Assembly: GCA_024277675.1 (NCBI GenBank) | Contig: JAJRUS010000092.1 | Coordinates: 163 to 64,162 of the forward strand | Direction of reading: 5' to 3' | Length of the DNA: 64,000 nt | Source of the DNA: a bacterium | Lineage (GTDB): Bacteria > SZUA-182 > SZUA-191 > JAJRXT01 | Shown: piece by piece, positions 51,080-64,000 of the stretch | How the letters are laid out: every line of letters starts with the position of its first letter | How positions within the stretch are numbered: the stretch's first letter is position 1 | Position numbers and translations under genes: made by a program | The notes under the pieces: generated by a model | Database searches by the model: none | What the model was told of the DNA's origin: nothing | What the model saw: the letters and a program-made list of their open reading frames with translations, nothing else

Positions 51080-51882
51080 TTCTTATTTTTTTTGGCTATT
51101 TTCGCGCGCAAGTTTTTTATCTGGTGTTCTATCATTGAGGGATTGGGATGGTCTTTCATAATTGCCTTGTACCCGGCTAAGGCTTTTTCCAATTCACCCA
51201 TTTCTTCCCAACACACTGCCTGATCGAATTTGGCTTCTATTTGTAACTCGCTTTGGGGATGTTTATCAATCAGTTCCTGATAGGCCTTTATAGCTAACTC
51301 ATACTCACCTCTTACAAAATATATTTCTCCAATGGCTAATCTGGCATTATCTACATATTTACTTTGGGGATATTTTTCTATAACCATTTGGGCTTCGATA
51401 ACGGCTTGCTTCGCACTGTCCAGTTTATCGTAGCAATAAGCAATATGTAATTGGCTGAATGCAGCCTGGGCCGTTCCCGGAGCAAAATCGATAACTTCCT
51501 GATATTGCATAATTGCCGCTTGAGGATTATTCAGGACTTCTTCATAAATAGCGGCCATATTCAGGCGTGCAGCCTGGGCCCAGGAACTTTTGGGATAGGA
51601 TACTACCAATTCTTCAAACCGCTCAAGGGCGGATTGATATTTCTTTAAATACAGATAATCAATATTACCAGCCCAAAAAATTGACTGTTCTACTAGCTCT
51701 CCAGAGGGATAGCGGCTGATTATTCCCTCAAACACCTTTAATGCGTTAACGTAATCTCCCTTACTTATAAAAACTTGCGCTTTTTCAAACTCAGACTCTA
51801 TTTTGGATTGACAGCCTATTGTCCCTATTAACAATAAGCCGAGCAGACAACAAATTATTCTTCGATAAAACAAGGGCTTCAA
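51061..51882 (-). CDS. TPR-repeat outer-membrane lipoprotein (BamD/YbgF-like)
   Basis: It has a lipobox ([10 protein letters not shown]) and multiple TPR repeats, and is 273 aa. Confidence 0.6.
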   Translation of the reverse strand: MKPLFYRRIICCLLGLLLIGTIGCQSKIESEFEKAQVFISKGDYVNALKVFEGIISRYPSGELVEQSIFWAGNIDYLYLKKYQSALERFEELVVSYPKSSWAQAARLNMAAIYEEVLNNPQAAIMQYQEVIDFAPGTAQAAFSQLHIAYCYDKLDSAKQAVIEAQMVIEKYPQSKYVDNARLAIGEIYFVRGEYELAIKAYQELIDKHPQSELQIEAKFDQAVCWEEMGELEKALAGYKAIMKDHPNPSMIEHQIKNLRAKIAKKNKKWKPKW

Positions 51883-54323
51883 GCCTCAGCTTCCACTAAT
51901 TTGGCTACCGCCACCACTTTATCCTCTTCCCCTAAATTTTGTAATTTCACTCCCATGGTTGCACGGCCAATAACGGAAATATCTTCTACCGTCATCCAGA
52001 TAAGCGTTCCCTCGGCGGTACTCAACATAACGCTTTCCTTCTCTTTGAGTACCTGAATAATTCCTACTACCTGGCCATTCTTGGGCGTAATTTTCATGTT
52101 TTTTACTCCCAATCCACCCCGATGCTTCACTGGATATCTACCAATTTTACTCCGCTTACCATACCCATTTTCAGTTACGGTTAAGATAGTAGCTTCTTTT
52201 CCCACTACCAGCATACCAATTACTTCATCACCTGACTTCAAGGTAATTCCCCTGACACCTCGAGCCATACGGCCCATACATCTTACCTGGCTTTCTTCAA
52301 AGTGCATCGCCTGGCCTAATCTGGTGGCAATTAAGATGTTTTGTTCACCGTCGGATACTTTGGCTGAAATCAATTTATCCCCCTTATCCAGGGTAATGGC
52401 AATTACTCCACCTGTCCGGGGGTGGCTGAAAGCATCCAGCGCAGTCTTCTTTATAATCCCCTTAAGGGTGGCCATAACCACAAATTGATTAGGGGTAAAT
52501 TCTTTTACCGGCAAAACAGCGGTTATCTTCTCTTCCGGACTCAGGCGAAGTAAATTTACAATAGCGGTTCCCTTAGCCTGTCGGCCAGCCAGCGGAATTT
52601 CGTGCACCTTTAGCCAATACACCCGGCCAATATCAGAAAAGAACATAATATAATCATGGGTGGACCTGACAAATAAATTTTCTACAAAATCTTCTTCCTT
52701 GGTGGTTATTCCCCTGATTCCGGCTCCTTTTCTTTTCTGAATACGATAATGAGTAAGGGCGGTTCTTTTTATATATCCGCCATGGGTTATTACTACCACC
52801 ATATCTTCTTCCACTATCATATCCTCAAAATCAATATCGGGAGATTCCTCCACTATCTGAGTCCGCCTTTTATCGCCGTATTTCTGTTTTATGTTTAACA
52901 GGTCTTCCTTTATCAAATTCAACACCAGGGCTTCACTATCCAAAATAGCTTGCAACCGCACTTTTATGGCTAATAATTCCTGATATTCATCTTTAAGTTT
53001 ATCTTGTTCCATGGCGGTTAGCCGCTGTAATTTCATATCTAATATAGCTTGAGCCTGAATCCTGGTAAGTTGAAATTGATTCATTAAGCCTTGCCTGGCA
53101 ATTTCCGGGGTAGCCGATTTTTTGATTAGGGCAATCACCTGGTCTAAATATTCAAGCGCCTTAATTAAACCGGATACTATATGCAGCCTTTTATCCGTTT
53201 TATCCAACTCATATTTAGTGCGTCGGAGAATCACATCTTTTCGGTGGTTTATATAGTGAACTATAACTTGTTTTATATTAAGCACCTGGGGTTGATTATT
53301 TACCAGGGCCAGCATAATTACCCCGAAAGTCGTCTGCATGGCCGTATGTTTATATAGTTGATTCAATACTACATCCGCTATTTCATGTCGCTTTAATTCT
53401 ATTACTATTCGCATTCCATCCCGGTCGGATTCATCCCTTAAATCAGCAATTCCTTCCAGTTTTTTGTCTCTTACCAAACTCGCAATTTTGGTTATTAATC
53501 TGGCTTTATTTACTTGATAGGGGAGTTCATTCACAATAACGGCTTCTCTGTCTTTCAATTGCTCAATCTGGGCTTTGGCCCGCAGTCGTATCTGCCCTCT
53601 TCCGGTAAGGAAGGCTTCCCAAATACCCTTTGATCCATAAATAAAACCGCCGGTGGGAAAGTCCGGACCCTTTATCACCTTTAACAATTCTCTTATTTCA
53701 ATTTCTGGATTTTCAATTACTAAAATTATACCAGCTACTACTTCCGTTAAATTATGGGGAGGTATATTGGTAGCCATCCCCACTGCAATGCCTGACGCTC
53801 CGTTCAGTAGTAAATTTGGTAACCTGGCCGGCATTACCACCGGTTCCACTAATGTATCATCAAAATTAGGTATGAAGTCTACCGTCTCTTTTTCTATATC
53901 CGTCAGTATTTCTTCGGTAATATTGGCTAATTTAATTTCTGTATATCTCATAGCTGCCGGTGAATCACCATCTACAGAACCGAAGTTCCCCTGGCCGGCC
54001 ACCAAAGGATAGCGCAGTGAAAAATCCTGTACCATTCTGACCAGGGCATCGTATACCGCCGTATCCCCATGGGGGTGAAACTTACCTAACACTTCACCCA
54101 CTATGCGCGCTGATTTTTTAAAGGGTTTATTCCAAACCAGTCCCAACTCATGCATAGCATATAATATTCGACGATGTACCGGCTTTAAACCATCCTTTAC
54201 ATCGGGTAGCGCTCTACCAATAATTACGCTCATGGCATAATCCAGATAAGAACTTTTCATCTCATCTTCTATATTTACCGCTACATGTTTAACTTCCATA
54301 TTATTTTTTACTCTCCTTATCAA
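51879..54323 (-). CDS. gyrA: DNA gyrase subunit A
   Basis: It has the active-site region AMRYTE with the catalytic Tyr context, a QRDR-like region and a C-terminal beta-pinwheel. It is 814 aa. Confidence 0.95.
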   Translation of the reverse strand: MIRRVKNNMEVKHVAVNIEDEMKSSYLDYAMSVIIGRALPDVKDGLKPVHRRILYAMHELGLVWNKPFKKSARIVGEVLGKFHPHGDTAVYDALVRMVQDFSLRYPLVAGQGNFGSVDGDSPAAMRYTEIKLANITEEILTDIEKETVDFIPNFDDTLVEPVVMPARLPNLLLNGASGIAVGMATNIPPHNLTEVVAGIILVIENPEIEIRELLKVIKGPDFPTGGFIYGSKGIWEAFLTGRGQIRLRAKAQIEQLKDREAVIVNELPYQVNKARLITKIASLVRDKKLEGIADLRDESDRDGMRIVIELKRHEIADVVLNQLYKHTAMQTTFGVIMLALVNNQPQVLNIKQVIVHYINHRKDVILRRTKYELDKTDKRLHIVSGLIKALEYLDQVIALIKKSATPEIARQGLMNQFQLTRIQAQAILDMKLQRLTAMEQDKLKDEYQELLAIKVRLQAILDSEALVLNLIKEDLLNIKQKYGDKRRTQIVEESPDIDFEDMIVEEDMVVVITHGGYIKRTALTHYRIQKRKGAGIRGITTKEEDFVENLFVRSTHDYIMFFSDIGRVYWLKVHEIPLAGRQAKGTAIVNLLRLSPEEKITAVLPVKEFTPNQFVVMATLKGIIKKTALDAFSHPRTGGVIAITLDKGDKLISAKVSDGEQNILIATRLGQAMHFEESQVRCMGRMARGVRGITLKSGDEVIGMLVVGKEATILTVTENGYGKRSKIGRYPVKHRGGLGVKNMKITPKNGQVVGIIQVLKEKESVMLSTAEGTLIWMTVEDISVIGRATMGVKLQNLGEEDKVVAVAKLVEAEA

Positions 54324-54390
54324 TTACCTCAAAAAGTTTATTTGTTTATCTAACTACCTTTTGATTCTTTATAACATCCTTATTTTAAAG

Positions 54391-57195
<2,805 letters not shown>

Positions 57196-58545
57196 TTAAG
57201 GTATTTGGATGAGATTTATAAGGTGGTTTATTTTATTTTTGAAAAGGATATCCTGTTCAATTTTTTGTTTTATTTTTTTATGAGCGTGAATAATAGTAGT
57301 ATGATCCTTTCCACCAAAGCGTTCGCCAATTCTGGGTAAGGAATTATTGGTCATGAGGCGACAAAGATACATAGCTATTTGTCGGGGAAAAACCAGCGAA
57401 GTAGTTCTTGATTTAGACTTTAATTCGCTGATTTTGATACTAAAATAATCAGCAACCACCTCTTGTATTTTTTCAATGGTTATAGATTTTTCTTTTTCTA
57501 TTAAAATATCTTTGAGAACTTCCTGAGCCATTTTTATGGTAATTTCTTTTTGTTTAATGGTGGTACAGGCAATAATTTTATTTAAGCAGCCTTCCAATTC
57601 TCTTATATTAGAAATTATATTGCGAGCTATTAATAAACAAACGTCATTAGGCAAATCCAAATTTTGTTTTTCGGCTTTCTTTTTAATAATGGCTATCTTA
57701 GTTTCTAAATCCGGCGCTTGAATATCGGCAATAAGACCCCATTCAAACCTGGATCGCAATCGTTCTTCAATAGTAGGAATTTCTTTGGGTGGACAATCAC
57801 TGGAAATTATTATTTGCTTATGAGCTTCGTATAATGAATTAAATGTATGAAAAAATTCTTCCTGAGTACTTTCTTTACCGGCAATAAATTGAATATCATC
57901 AATTAATAATACATCCATCTTGCGGTATTTATTGCGAAAATCATAGGTGTTTTTATATCTGATAGCGTTTATAAGTTCATTCATAAATTCTTCAGCAGAA
58001 GTGTAATAAAGCTTGGCTTTAGGAGAGTGATTTTTAATGAAATGAGCTACTGCATGAAGCAGGTGAGTTTTTCCTAAACCCACTCCCCCGTAAATAAATA
58101 ATGGATTATAGGAGTTTGAGGGTTGTTCGGCCACAGCTTGTGAAGCGGCATAGGCAAATTGATTACTAGTGCCAACCACGAAATTTTCAAAAGTATATCT
58201 GGAATTTAAAGAGGCTTTTTTATAATGATTATTAGGAGAAGGCATTGTAGTCGTTATTGTTTTAGATTTACTCTTTATTTTCGGTTTGAAAACTGGTGAA
58301 TTTTCAGGTTCATTAACTACAAACTTTAGATGAATATCCTGGTCGCTAATTGTTTTTAAACAATTACAAATAGTGCCTAAGTAATTTTCAGAAAGCCAAT
58401 TGGCAACGAAAATATTGGGAACGGAAATATATAACTTATTATTTTCAAATTTATATAAACTTGTAGGTGCAAACCAGGTATCGAAGCTTTGTTGATTAAC
58501 CTGTTTTTCGATCAAAGTAAGTGTTTGAATCCAAAGGTCGGACAC
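57196..58545 (-). CDS. dnaA: chromosomal replication initiator protein DnaA
   Basis: It has the AAA+ motifs (GGVGLGKTHLL, LLIDDIQF) and the C-terminal DnaA signature helix (GGKDHTTIIHA). Confidence 0.95.
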   Translation of the reverse strand: MSDLWIQTLTLIEKQVNQQSFDTWFAPTSLYKFENNKLYISVPNIFVANWLSENYLGTICNCLKTISDQDIHLKFVVNEPENSPVFKPKIKSKSKTITTTMPSPNNHYKKASLNSRYTFENFVVGTSNQFAYAASQAVAEQPSNSYNPLFIYGGVGLGKTHLLHAVAHFIKNHSPKAKLYYTSAEEFMNELINAIRYKNTYDFRNKYRKMDVLLIDDIQFIAGKESTQEEFFHTFNSLYEAHKQIIISSDCPPKEIPTIEERLRSRFEWGLIADIQAPDLETKIAIIKKKAEKQNLDLPNDVCLLIARNIISNIRELEGCLNKIIACTTIKQKEITIKMAQEVLKDILIEKEKSITIEKIQEVVADYFSIKISELKSKSRTTSLVFPRQIAMYLCRLMTNNSLPRIGERFGGKDHTTIIHAHKKIKQKIEQDILFKNKINHLINLIQIP

Positions 58546-58634
58546 GGTTATTTTTCCTTAGTATATTCTGTCAAAACGTAATATTATAAAAACACTTTTT
58601 CTTTTTCTTAATCAGCCGGTAAAAAGTAATTAAC

Positions 58635-58735
58635 TTATCCACAAGCTTATTAACAGGTAGTAAATGTGAGAAATAAATTAACAACTTCAAACAGTTTGTA
58701 GCTGGATTTTTAAAACAGGAGAAGTTTTATCCACA
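58635..58735 (+). promoter_or_regulatory. two perfect DnaA boxes TTATCCACA (58635..58643 and 58727..58735) upstream of dnaA: candidate oriC/dnaA promoter region
   Basis: Both 9-mers match the DnaA-box consensus exactly and are separated by 83 bp. Confidence 0.55.
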
Positions 58736-58860
58736 ATCAAAATGTCAACAGCCATATATAACATAGCAGATTTGAGGAATTTAAACAATGGGTTTATAAA
58801 AAATTTTTATAGCTGGCGTTTATCTTATACAAAAAATACTTTCTTCAACCAGGTTTTTAT

Positions 58861-61026
58861 CTAACGAGATACTCCCCTTTTGTCAAGCAGGGAAAAATCA
58901 ATAAAACGGCGTTCAACATCTACCTTGTCCAGCCTTACCATTACCCGTTCACCTAAACTAAACCTTCTTTGGGTACGTTTTCCAACCAAGGATTGTTGTA
59001 GCTGATTAAAATGGTAGTAATCATCTGTAAGTGAGGATACATGAATCAATCCAGTTACATAAAAATCTATAAGCTCTACGTACAAACCATAGCTGGTGAT
59101 ACTGCTTATTATTCCCTCAAAGGCTTCCCCCAGCTTGTCACGCATAAATTTAACTCGCTTTATGCTTATTATATCCCGCTCGGCAGTTTCAGCTTTGCGT
59201 TCAGTATAAGAGCAGTGTTCCGCCGTTTGGGGTAAATACTCCGTTAATTCATTAACCCTAACAGTACTGGGTTGACCATTATGTTGCAGTTCCCGTAACA
59301 AGCGGTGGATTACCAGGTCAGGGTAACGCCGGATAGGAGAGGTAAAGTGGGTATAATAAGGAGCTGCCAGGGCGAAGTGCCCCGAATTATCACTGGAATA
59401 CTTGGCCAGTTTCAGCGATCGCAGCAGTACCATGGTTATAAGTTGTTCTTTGGGGTTGCCTTTAAATTTGGTCAGAATTTGTTGAAGCTGAAGCTGGGTA
59501 ATTCGTTTTTTCAGCGGCAGAGCATATCCCAAATGGGAAATATAGTCCAGAAATTCTTTCAATTTTATTTCGTCTGGTTCTTCATGAATGCGGTAAATGA
59601 GCGGCATCTGTGCCTGGGCCAGATAGCCGGCTACCACCTCATTGGCGGCCAGCATAAACTCCTCGATAATTTCGTGGGAAATATTTCTTTCTCGTTTAAT
59701 AATCCCCGTAGTTACTCCATCCATATCCAGAATTACTTCCGGTTCCGGCAGGTCAAAGTCAAGGCTCCCTCGGTTTATGCGGCGGTTTTTTAGCTTTCGG
59801 GCCAGGGTTTGCATCAGCTCTAAATCAGGCACCAGTTCCTTGTGGCGTTGGCAAGTTGTCGGGTCTTTATCCAACAATATTTGCTTAATCTGGGTATAGG
59901 TAAAGCGCTGACAACTTCTAATTATCGAGTCGGCAAACTCAAAATTCACCGCATTTTGCGCTGAATCGAATTCTATCAACACGCTTATACTTAACCGATC
60001 CTCATGCGGGTTGAGGCTGCAAATACCGTTAGATAAAGCCGGCGGCAGCATGGGCAGTGCCCGGTCGGTGAAATAAACACTGTTTCCCCTACGGTAAGCG
60101 GCTTCATCCAGCAAGGAACCTGGCGTTACATAATAGCTGACATCTGCAATATGTACCCCCAGGCGGAAGTTACCGTTAGCTAATTTCTCGATCGAGACCG
60201 CATCATCAAAATCTTTGGCGGTCTGACCGTCTATGGTAAAGAGATGTAATTCTCGTAAATCCAGGCGCCGGGTAATTTCTTTGGAGGGAATTATTTTGGG
60301 AATGCGGTCGGCTTCGGCCAGCACTTCGGCGGGAAACTCCCGTGGAAACTGGTAATGGCGAATAACGATTTCTTCGTCTATGCCGGGATCATCCGGATTT
60401 CCTAATATTTCTATTATCTTTCCTTCCGGATTACGCTGAATAGTGGGATAGCCGGTAATTTCAGCCACCACTATTTGTCCTGGCGTTGCTTTATGTGAAT
60501 GCGGGGGAATGAATATATCCTGAGTGATGTTGGGATGCCAGGGAACCACATAATCGAAGTGGTAACCTTGTTCATAGCGGCCGACCACTTGTCGGTGAGC
60601 GTGCTCCAATATTCGGATTATCCGGCCTTTTGCCCGCTGATCCCGGCGGATTTGCTCTACCCTGACCACTACTTTGTCCCCATCCATAGCCAATTTTAGG
60701 TGTCGGGAACTTATATAAACATCGGGTTTTCCGCTTTCTTCTGGAATCAGAAAGCCAAAACCGTCGGGGTGCACCTGCAGGCGACCCACCATCAGATTCA
60801 TCTTGGCTGGCAAACCGTACCGGTGTCCCTTTAGTTTAACCAACTCCCCGGCCTGGTTCAGTTCCCTGATTAAACGGCGAAATTGGCGGCGTTCAGCCGG
60901 GGGAATTGCCAGGCGTCGGGCTAGTTCTCTTAGTAATAGGGGATGATGGGCAGAGGAACGCAGATATTCTAAAACTTGCTTTTTACTAACCGGCATATGG
61001 AAAATATTTTTAGAGGAAATGGACAT
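58861..61026 (-). CDS. rnr: ribonuclease R
   Basis: It has cold-shock-like OB folds and the RNB domain (HFALAAPYYTHFTSPIRRYPDL), with a C-terminal S1 domain. A possible alternative start lies at M11 (60996). Confidence 0.9.
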   Translation of the reverse strand: MSISSKNIFHMPVSKKQVLEYLRSSAHHPLLLRELARRLAIPPAERRQFRRLIRELNQAGELVKLKGHRYGLPAKMNLMVGRLQVHPDGFGFLIPEESGKPDVYISSRHLKLAMDGDKVVVRVEQIRRDQRAKGRIIRILEHAHRQVVGRYEQGYHFDYVVPWHPNITQDIFIPPHSHKATPGQIVVAEITGYPTIQRNPEGKIIEILGNPDDPGIDEEIVIRHYQFPREFPAEVLAEADRIPKIIPSKEITRRLDLRELHLFTIDGQTAKDFDDAVSIEKLANGNFRLGVHIADVSYYVTPGSLLDEAAYRRGNSVYFTDRALPMLPPALSNGICSLNPHEDRLSISVLIEFDSAQNAVNFEFADSIIRSCQRFTYTQIKQILLDKDPTTCQRHKELVPDLELMQTLARKLKNRRINRGSLDFDLPEPEVILDMDGVTTGIIKRERNISHEIIEEFMLAANEVVAGYLAQAQMPLIYRIHEEPDEIKLKEFLDYISHLGYALPLKKRITQLQLQQILTKFKGNPKEQLITMVLLRSLKLAKYSSDNSGHFALAAPYYTHFTSPIRRYPDLVIHRLLRELQHNGQPSTVRVNELTEYLPQTAEHCSYTERKAETAERDIISIKRVKFMRDKLGEAFEGIISSITSYGLYVELIDFYVTGLIHVSSLTDDYYHFNQLQQSLVGKRTQRRFSLGERVMVRLDKVDVERRFIDFSLLDKRGVSR

Positions 61027-61050
61027 CGTCCCCTTTAATCAAAGGGGACG
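61027..61050 (-). promoter_or_regulatory. perfect 10-bp stem hairpin (CGTCCCCTTT-AATC-AAAGGGGACG) abutting the rnr start codon and sequestering its GGGGA Shine-Dalgarno
   Basis: The two arms are exactly complementary, and the 3' arm ends at the base immediately before the ATG. Confidence 0.45.
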
Positions 61051-61114
61051 ATGGTCTCCATTAATGAACGGGTTTCGCTCCCTGCCTGCCGGGAGTTCCC
61101 CCAGGGCGATATCC

Positions 61115-61897
61115 TTATTGAACCGGATTTTTCTGGGATTCAGGCCTGACAACTTTAGCCCTCACAGTTCCCATTACAGTATGTTCTATTACCTGATATT
61201 TCTTTATATTGGTGTAGATTTTGAGCTTACCCCTGAATAAACCCTCAGGAGCGTCAGCCGGAATGGTAACCTCAATTTTGTAATAGTTGCGATTCCCTTT
61301 TGGCTGGGGGATTATTTTGGCGCTGATAAAGGGCAGGTCAGCCTCTACCCTCAGCACCTTTAATTCTTTGGAACCCGTTTGTTTTACCACAAGGCTTTTA
61401 GTAGCAGCTTGCCCCTTTTGTATTAGGCCAAAAAACAGGTTTCGCGGGGGTTGAACTACTACATCGGCAGCCACGGTTCCCTTTAAGGCCAGGCTTACTT
61501 TCGGTTCATCGGGGTCATTGGAGTTCACATAGATTGTTTTGTGGATAGCCCCCAGAAAATTAGTAGAATTAAAGATTACATCAATTTGCCCTTCTTCGCC
61601 GGGTTGAATTTCTTTGGTAAAATTTTTGGGTACGGTACAGCCACAGGAGGTTTTAACACCTTTAATTTTTAGTAAGGCCTGGCCGGTATTTTTAAATTTA
61701 AACACATGATTTACTTTATCACCTTTTTGAACTGTCCCGAAGCTATAAACTTTTTCTTCAAAAGTTATATTCGGTTGAGCTGCTGGTGTATCTGTTTCGG
61801 CTGCTACCTGGCTCGCGGTTAACAGCGGGTAAGCCAGAAAAACTGTGGCGCCCAATATCAAGGCCACCCAATTACTGTAAAATTTTTTCTCTGGCAT
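61115..61897 (-). CDS. DUF1573-family protein (two repeats), N-terminal signal anchor
   Basis: It carries the DUF1573 hallmark F.F.N.G...L.I..V..SCGCT. Confidence 0.55.
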   Translation of the reverse strand: MPEKKFYSNWVALILGATVFLAYPLLTASQVAAETDTPAAQPNITFEEKVYSFGTVQKGDKVNHVFKFKNTGQALLKIKGVKTSCGCTVPKNFTKEIQPGEEGQIDVIFNSTNFLGAIHKTIYVNSNDPDEPKVSLALKGTVAADVVVQPPRNLFFGLIQKGQAATKSLVVKQTGSKELKVLRVEADLPFISAKIIPQPKGNRNYYKIEVTIPADAPEGLFRGKLKIYTNIKKYQVIEHTVMGTVRAKVVRPESQKNPVQ

Positions 61898-61915
61898 TTT
61901 TTTCTCCTTCTTAAA

Positions 61916-62389
61916 TTAAAAGTGGTTATCAGGCTGTTTTTTTAGCTTTCTTTGCCTTTTTTTGTCTACATTTTGTTTTTCAGGCAGCTTATTATCATTA
62001 AGCATATCGCCGGCGATCACGATATTTTCCCGACCATATTTCACGATTCTCTGCTTAAGCTCTTGCAATGGAAGCTGTTCTCGAAAATTGGCCAGTTTTA
62101 CCAGCATTGGTAAATTAACGCCGGTAATTACCTCAACATTCGGTTTATCTAAAAAAGATAAGCTGATATTGGAAGGCGTACCCCCAAACATATCAGTCAA
62201 TACTAATACCCCCTGGCCGGTATTTACTTCCTGGATGGCTTCCTGGGTTTGTTTAAAAATATGGTCACTGGACTGGGAAGCGGTGACCGATATAGCTTTC
62301 GTCTGGGCTTGCGGCCCGACGACCATTTCAACTGTTCGCAAAAGTTCAGCTGCCAATCCGCCATGAGCTATAATAACAGCGCCAATCAT
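61916..62389 (-). CDS. PTS EIIA component, mannose/fructose/sorbose (type 4) family
   Basis: It starts MIGAVIIAHGGLAAELL with a conserved His, and is 157 aa long. Confidence 0.7.
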   Translation of the reverse strand: MIGAVIIAHGGLAAELLRTVEMVVGPQAQTKAISVTASQSSDHIFKQTQEAIQEVNTGQGVLVLTDMFGGTPSNISLSFLDKPNVEVITGVNLPMLVKLANFREQLPLQELKQRIVKYGRENIVIAGDMLNDNKLPEKQNVDKKRQRKLKKQPDNHF

Positions 62390-62527
62390 TTTTGTAAATC
62401 CCCTTTTAGTCTTTGTTGTTTATGCCGTATATTTACCAACTGCTTCCAAATCTGTTGAGGCAAAACAAACCAAGTTCCGGTTAGCTGATAAAATTTATTC
62501 TATATCTGCATCAATGGATTTATCTAT

Positions 62528-63481
62528 CTAGCCGGCAGGTTGTATCTTTTTTGCTCGTTGTGTTAGTTGATGAGTTAATTTCTGATCCAGTATTTTGGCG
62601 CTGTTATATCCTTTTAGCTTTAACAATTGATTTCGGGCGGCGACCTCAATTATTATGGCTAAATTGCGCCCAGGCCCCACCGGAATATTTACCAACGGGA
62701 TATCTACCGCCAATACGTTAATGGTTTGTTCCTCCAAACCAAGACGTTCATAAGAATGTTTCTGCCATTGCTCTAAATTTACCATCAACTCCACTCTTTT
62801 TCTATACCTGACGGAGGTCACTCCAAACAGCTCTTTAATATTGAGAATACCAATGCCCCGGATTTCAATCAAATAACGACTTAGTTCAGGACTGGAACCA
62901 ATAATCACTTCAGCGGATCTAAGTTTTAATTTTACTACATCATCGGCTACTAAGCGATGCCCTCTTACAATCAGTTCCAGCGCGCATTCACTTTTACCAA
63001 TCCCGCTCTTGCCCTTGATCAAGACGCCCACCCCGAATAAATCCATTAATACGCCATGCACCATGGTCCCCGGAGCTAATCGTTCTTCCAGGTATGAAGT
63101 AATCCGGCTGATTATTACCGAACTTATTACTGATGAGCGGAGCAGGGGCAGGCCCCGGTTATTGGCGCAGGTAATTAATTCCGGCGGAGCTTCGAGGTTA
63201 GAGGTGAGAATGAGGCAGGAAATAGGCAGTTGGCATAAAGCGCCTATTCGCCTGGAAACCTCTTCGCTGGGCAAGGTTTTCAAATATTCCAGCTCGCTTT
63301 TGCCTAATATTTGTATCCTGTCCGGGTGTACCTGAGCCAGATAACCCGCTAAGGCCAGCGCCGGTTTTTGAATCCGGGGGATGGTTATTTTATTAGATAA
63401 CCCCTTTTCGCCGGCCAGTAATTTAAGCTGTAGCTGGGAGGATCTTTCATTTAGTAGCTCTTGGACGGTAATAGTGGGCAT
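62528..63481 (-). CDS. hprK: HPr kinase/phosphorylase
   Basis: It has the P-loop GKSGIGKSE plus the LIVRGHRLVADD motif and is 317 aa. Confidence 0.9.
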   Translation of the reverse strand: MPTITVQELLNERSSQLQLKLLAGEKGLSNKITIPRIQKPALALAGYLAQVHPDRIQILGKSELEYLKTLPSEEVSRRIGALCQLPISCLILTSNLEAPPELITCANNRGLPLLRSSVISSVIISRITSYLEERLAPGTMVHGVLMDLFGVGVLIKGKSGIGKSECALELIVRGHRLVADDVVKLKLRSAEVIIGSSPELSRYLIEIRGIGILNIKELFGVTSVRYRKRVELMVNLEQWQKHSYERLGLEEQTINVLAVDIPLVNIPVGPGRNLAIIIEVAARNQLLKLKGYNSAKILDQKLTHQLTQRAKKIQPAG

Positions 63482-63486
63482 AAATT

Positions 63487-63933
63487 TCAGCGCTCAGGCT
63501 CAGTCAGCCCGGATTCATCAATACCGGTTTCGTCATTGTAAGTATCTTCAGCCATAAATTGAGAAAAAGACTCTTCTTCATCCCAGGCAGATTCCTGGTC
63601 GGGGGAATTATCACCCCTTTTCAAAGCCGCTTTAGCGCTATTGTGGGTTTTGTTGGTGTGTCTGCCCTTGTACTTACGCAATTGACGCTCTATTTTCTCC
63701 AGGGCACGGTCAAAAGAGGTGTACATATCTTCTGTTTCCTCTTTTGCACTAAGTAGGGCTCCATTTATTTGCATATTGATCTCAGCCAGATGGCGGTATT
63801 TTTCTATTCCCAGTTTTACGCTAGCCTCAATAATTTTGTGGGAATATTTGTTGGCTTTGTTTATTTTATCGTTAATATGCTGTCGCAGGGCATCGGTGAT
63901 TTCGAAATGCCTTCCGGTAATGACTATATTCAT
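63487..63933 (-). CDS. hpf: ribosome hibernation promoting factor (sigma-54 modulation protein family, long form with acidic C-terminal tail)
   Basis: The start MNIVITGRHFEITDALRQHI is a typical RaiA/HPF N-terminus, and the gene lies in the rpoN-cluster context with hprK. Confidence 0.85.
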   Translation of the reverse strand: MNIVITGRHFEITDALRQHINDKINKANKYSHKIIEASVKLGIEKYRHLAEINMQINGALLSAKEETEDMYTSFDRALEKIERQLRKYKGRHTNKTHNSAKAALKRGDNSPDQESAWDEEESFSQFMAEDTYNDETGIDESGLTEPER

Positions 63934-64000
63934 TAATTCTCCCTCCTTGCAAGCATGTTGAGAGTTTTCTATAGCCGGGACTATTCAAAAACCCCCCTGG

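Overview
This 64-kb window is chromosomal DNA from a diderm bacterium of intermediate GC content. BamA, Skp, LpxD, LolC/E-LolD, an MsbA-like exporter and PBP1A are all present, and the gene content suggests an anaerobic, possibly sulfur-metabolising lifestyle: a sat/AP-superfamily enzyme/cysC operon, a NosR-like FMN/Fe-S membrane protein next to a 9-10-heme cytochrome c, a V/A-type ATPase operon, and HprK plus a mannose-type EIIA beside hpf. Core genes are densely packed: msbA, plsC, a CBS-DHH-poly(A) polymerase fusion, mreB, dnaN, cysC, sat, glycerate kinase, an MCE protein, V-ATPase subunits G/H-I-K-E-C-F-A-B, lysS, lolCD, clpC, bamA, skp, lpxD, moeA, mobB, hup, serS, tRNA-Ser(UGA), pyrE, mrcA, gyrA, gyrB, dnaA, rnr, hprK and hpf. 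The probable replication origin lies at dnaA, with two perfect DnaA boxes upstream and an AT-rich 411-bp tract downstream. dnaA is followed directly by gyrB-gyrA, and dnaN sits about 43 kb away.

Signals worth a second look:
- A conserved ~25-nt motif, (A/G)GGRG-N-YTGTCGGACTTTAGAT(G/T), occurs three times in short intercistronic gaps, each time co-oriented with local transcription.
- A two-gene AT-rich insertion (a nucleotidyltransferase-fold protein plus an overlapping 59-aa ORF) splits atpA from atpB, and the V-ATPase operon has no subunit D gene.
- A G10 homopolymer sits exactly at the ribosome-binding site of a beta-helix lipoprotein gene, a candidate phase-variation switch.
- A perfect 10-bp hairpin sequesters the Shine-Dalgarno of rnr.
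- An XRE/S24 LexA-like repressor appears to have lost both catalytic residues.
- A RelE-like toxin-antitoxin pair has a palindromic operator.
- A small AT-rich islet encodes RDD, membrane and ORF6N proteins.
- A shared hairpin plus an identical 15-mer promoter element lies upstream of both serS and lpxD.

No rRNA genes, CRISPR arrays or transposases were recognised.
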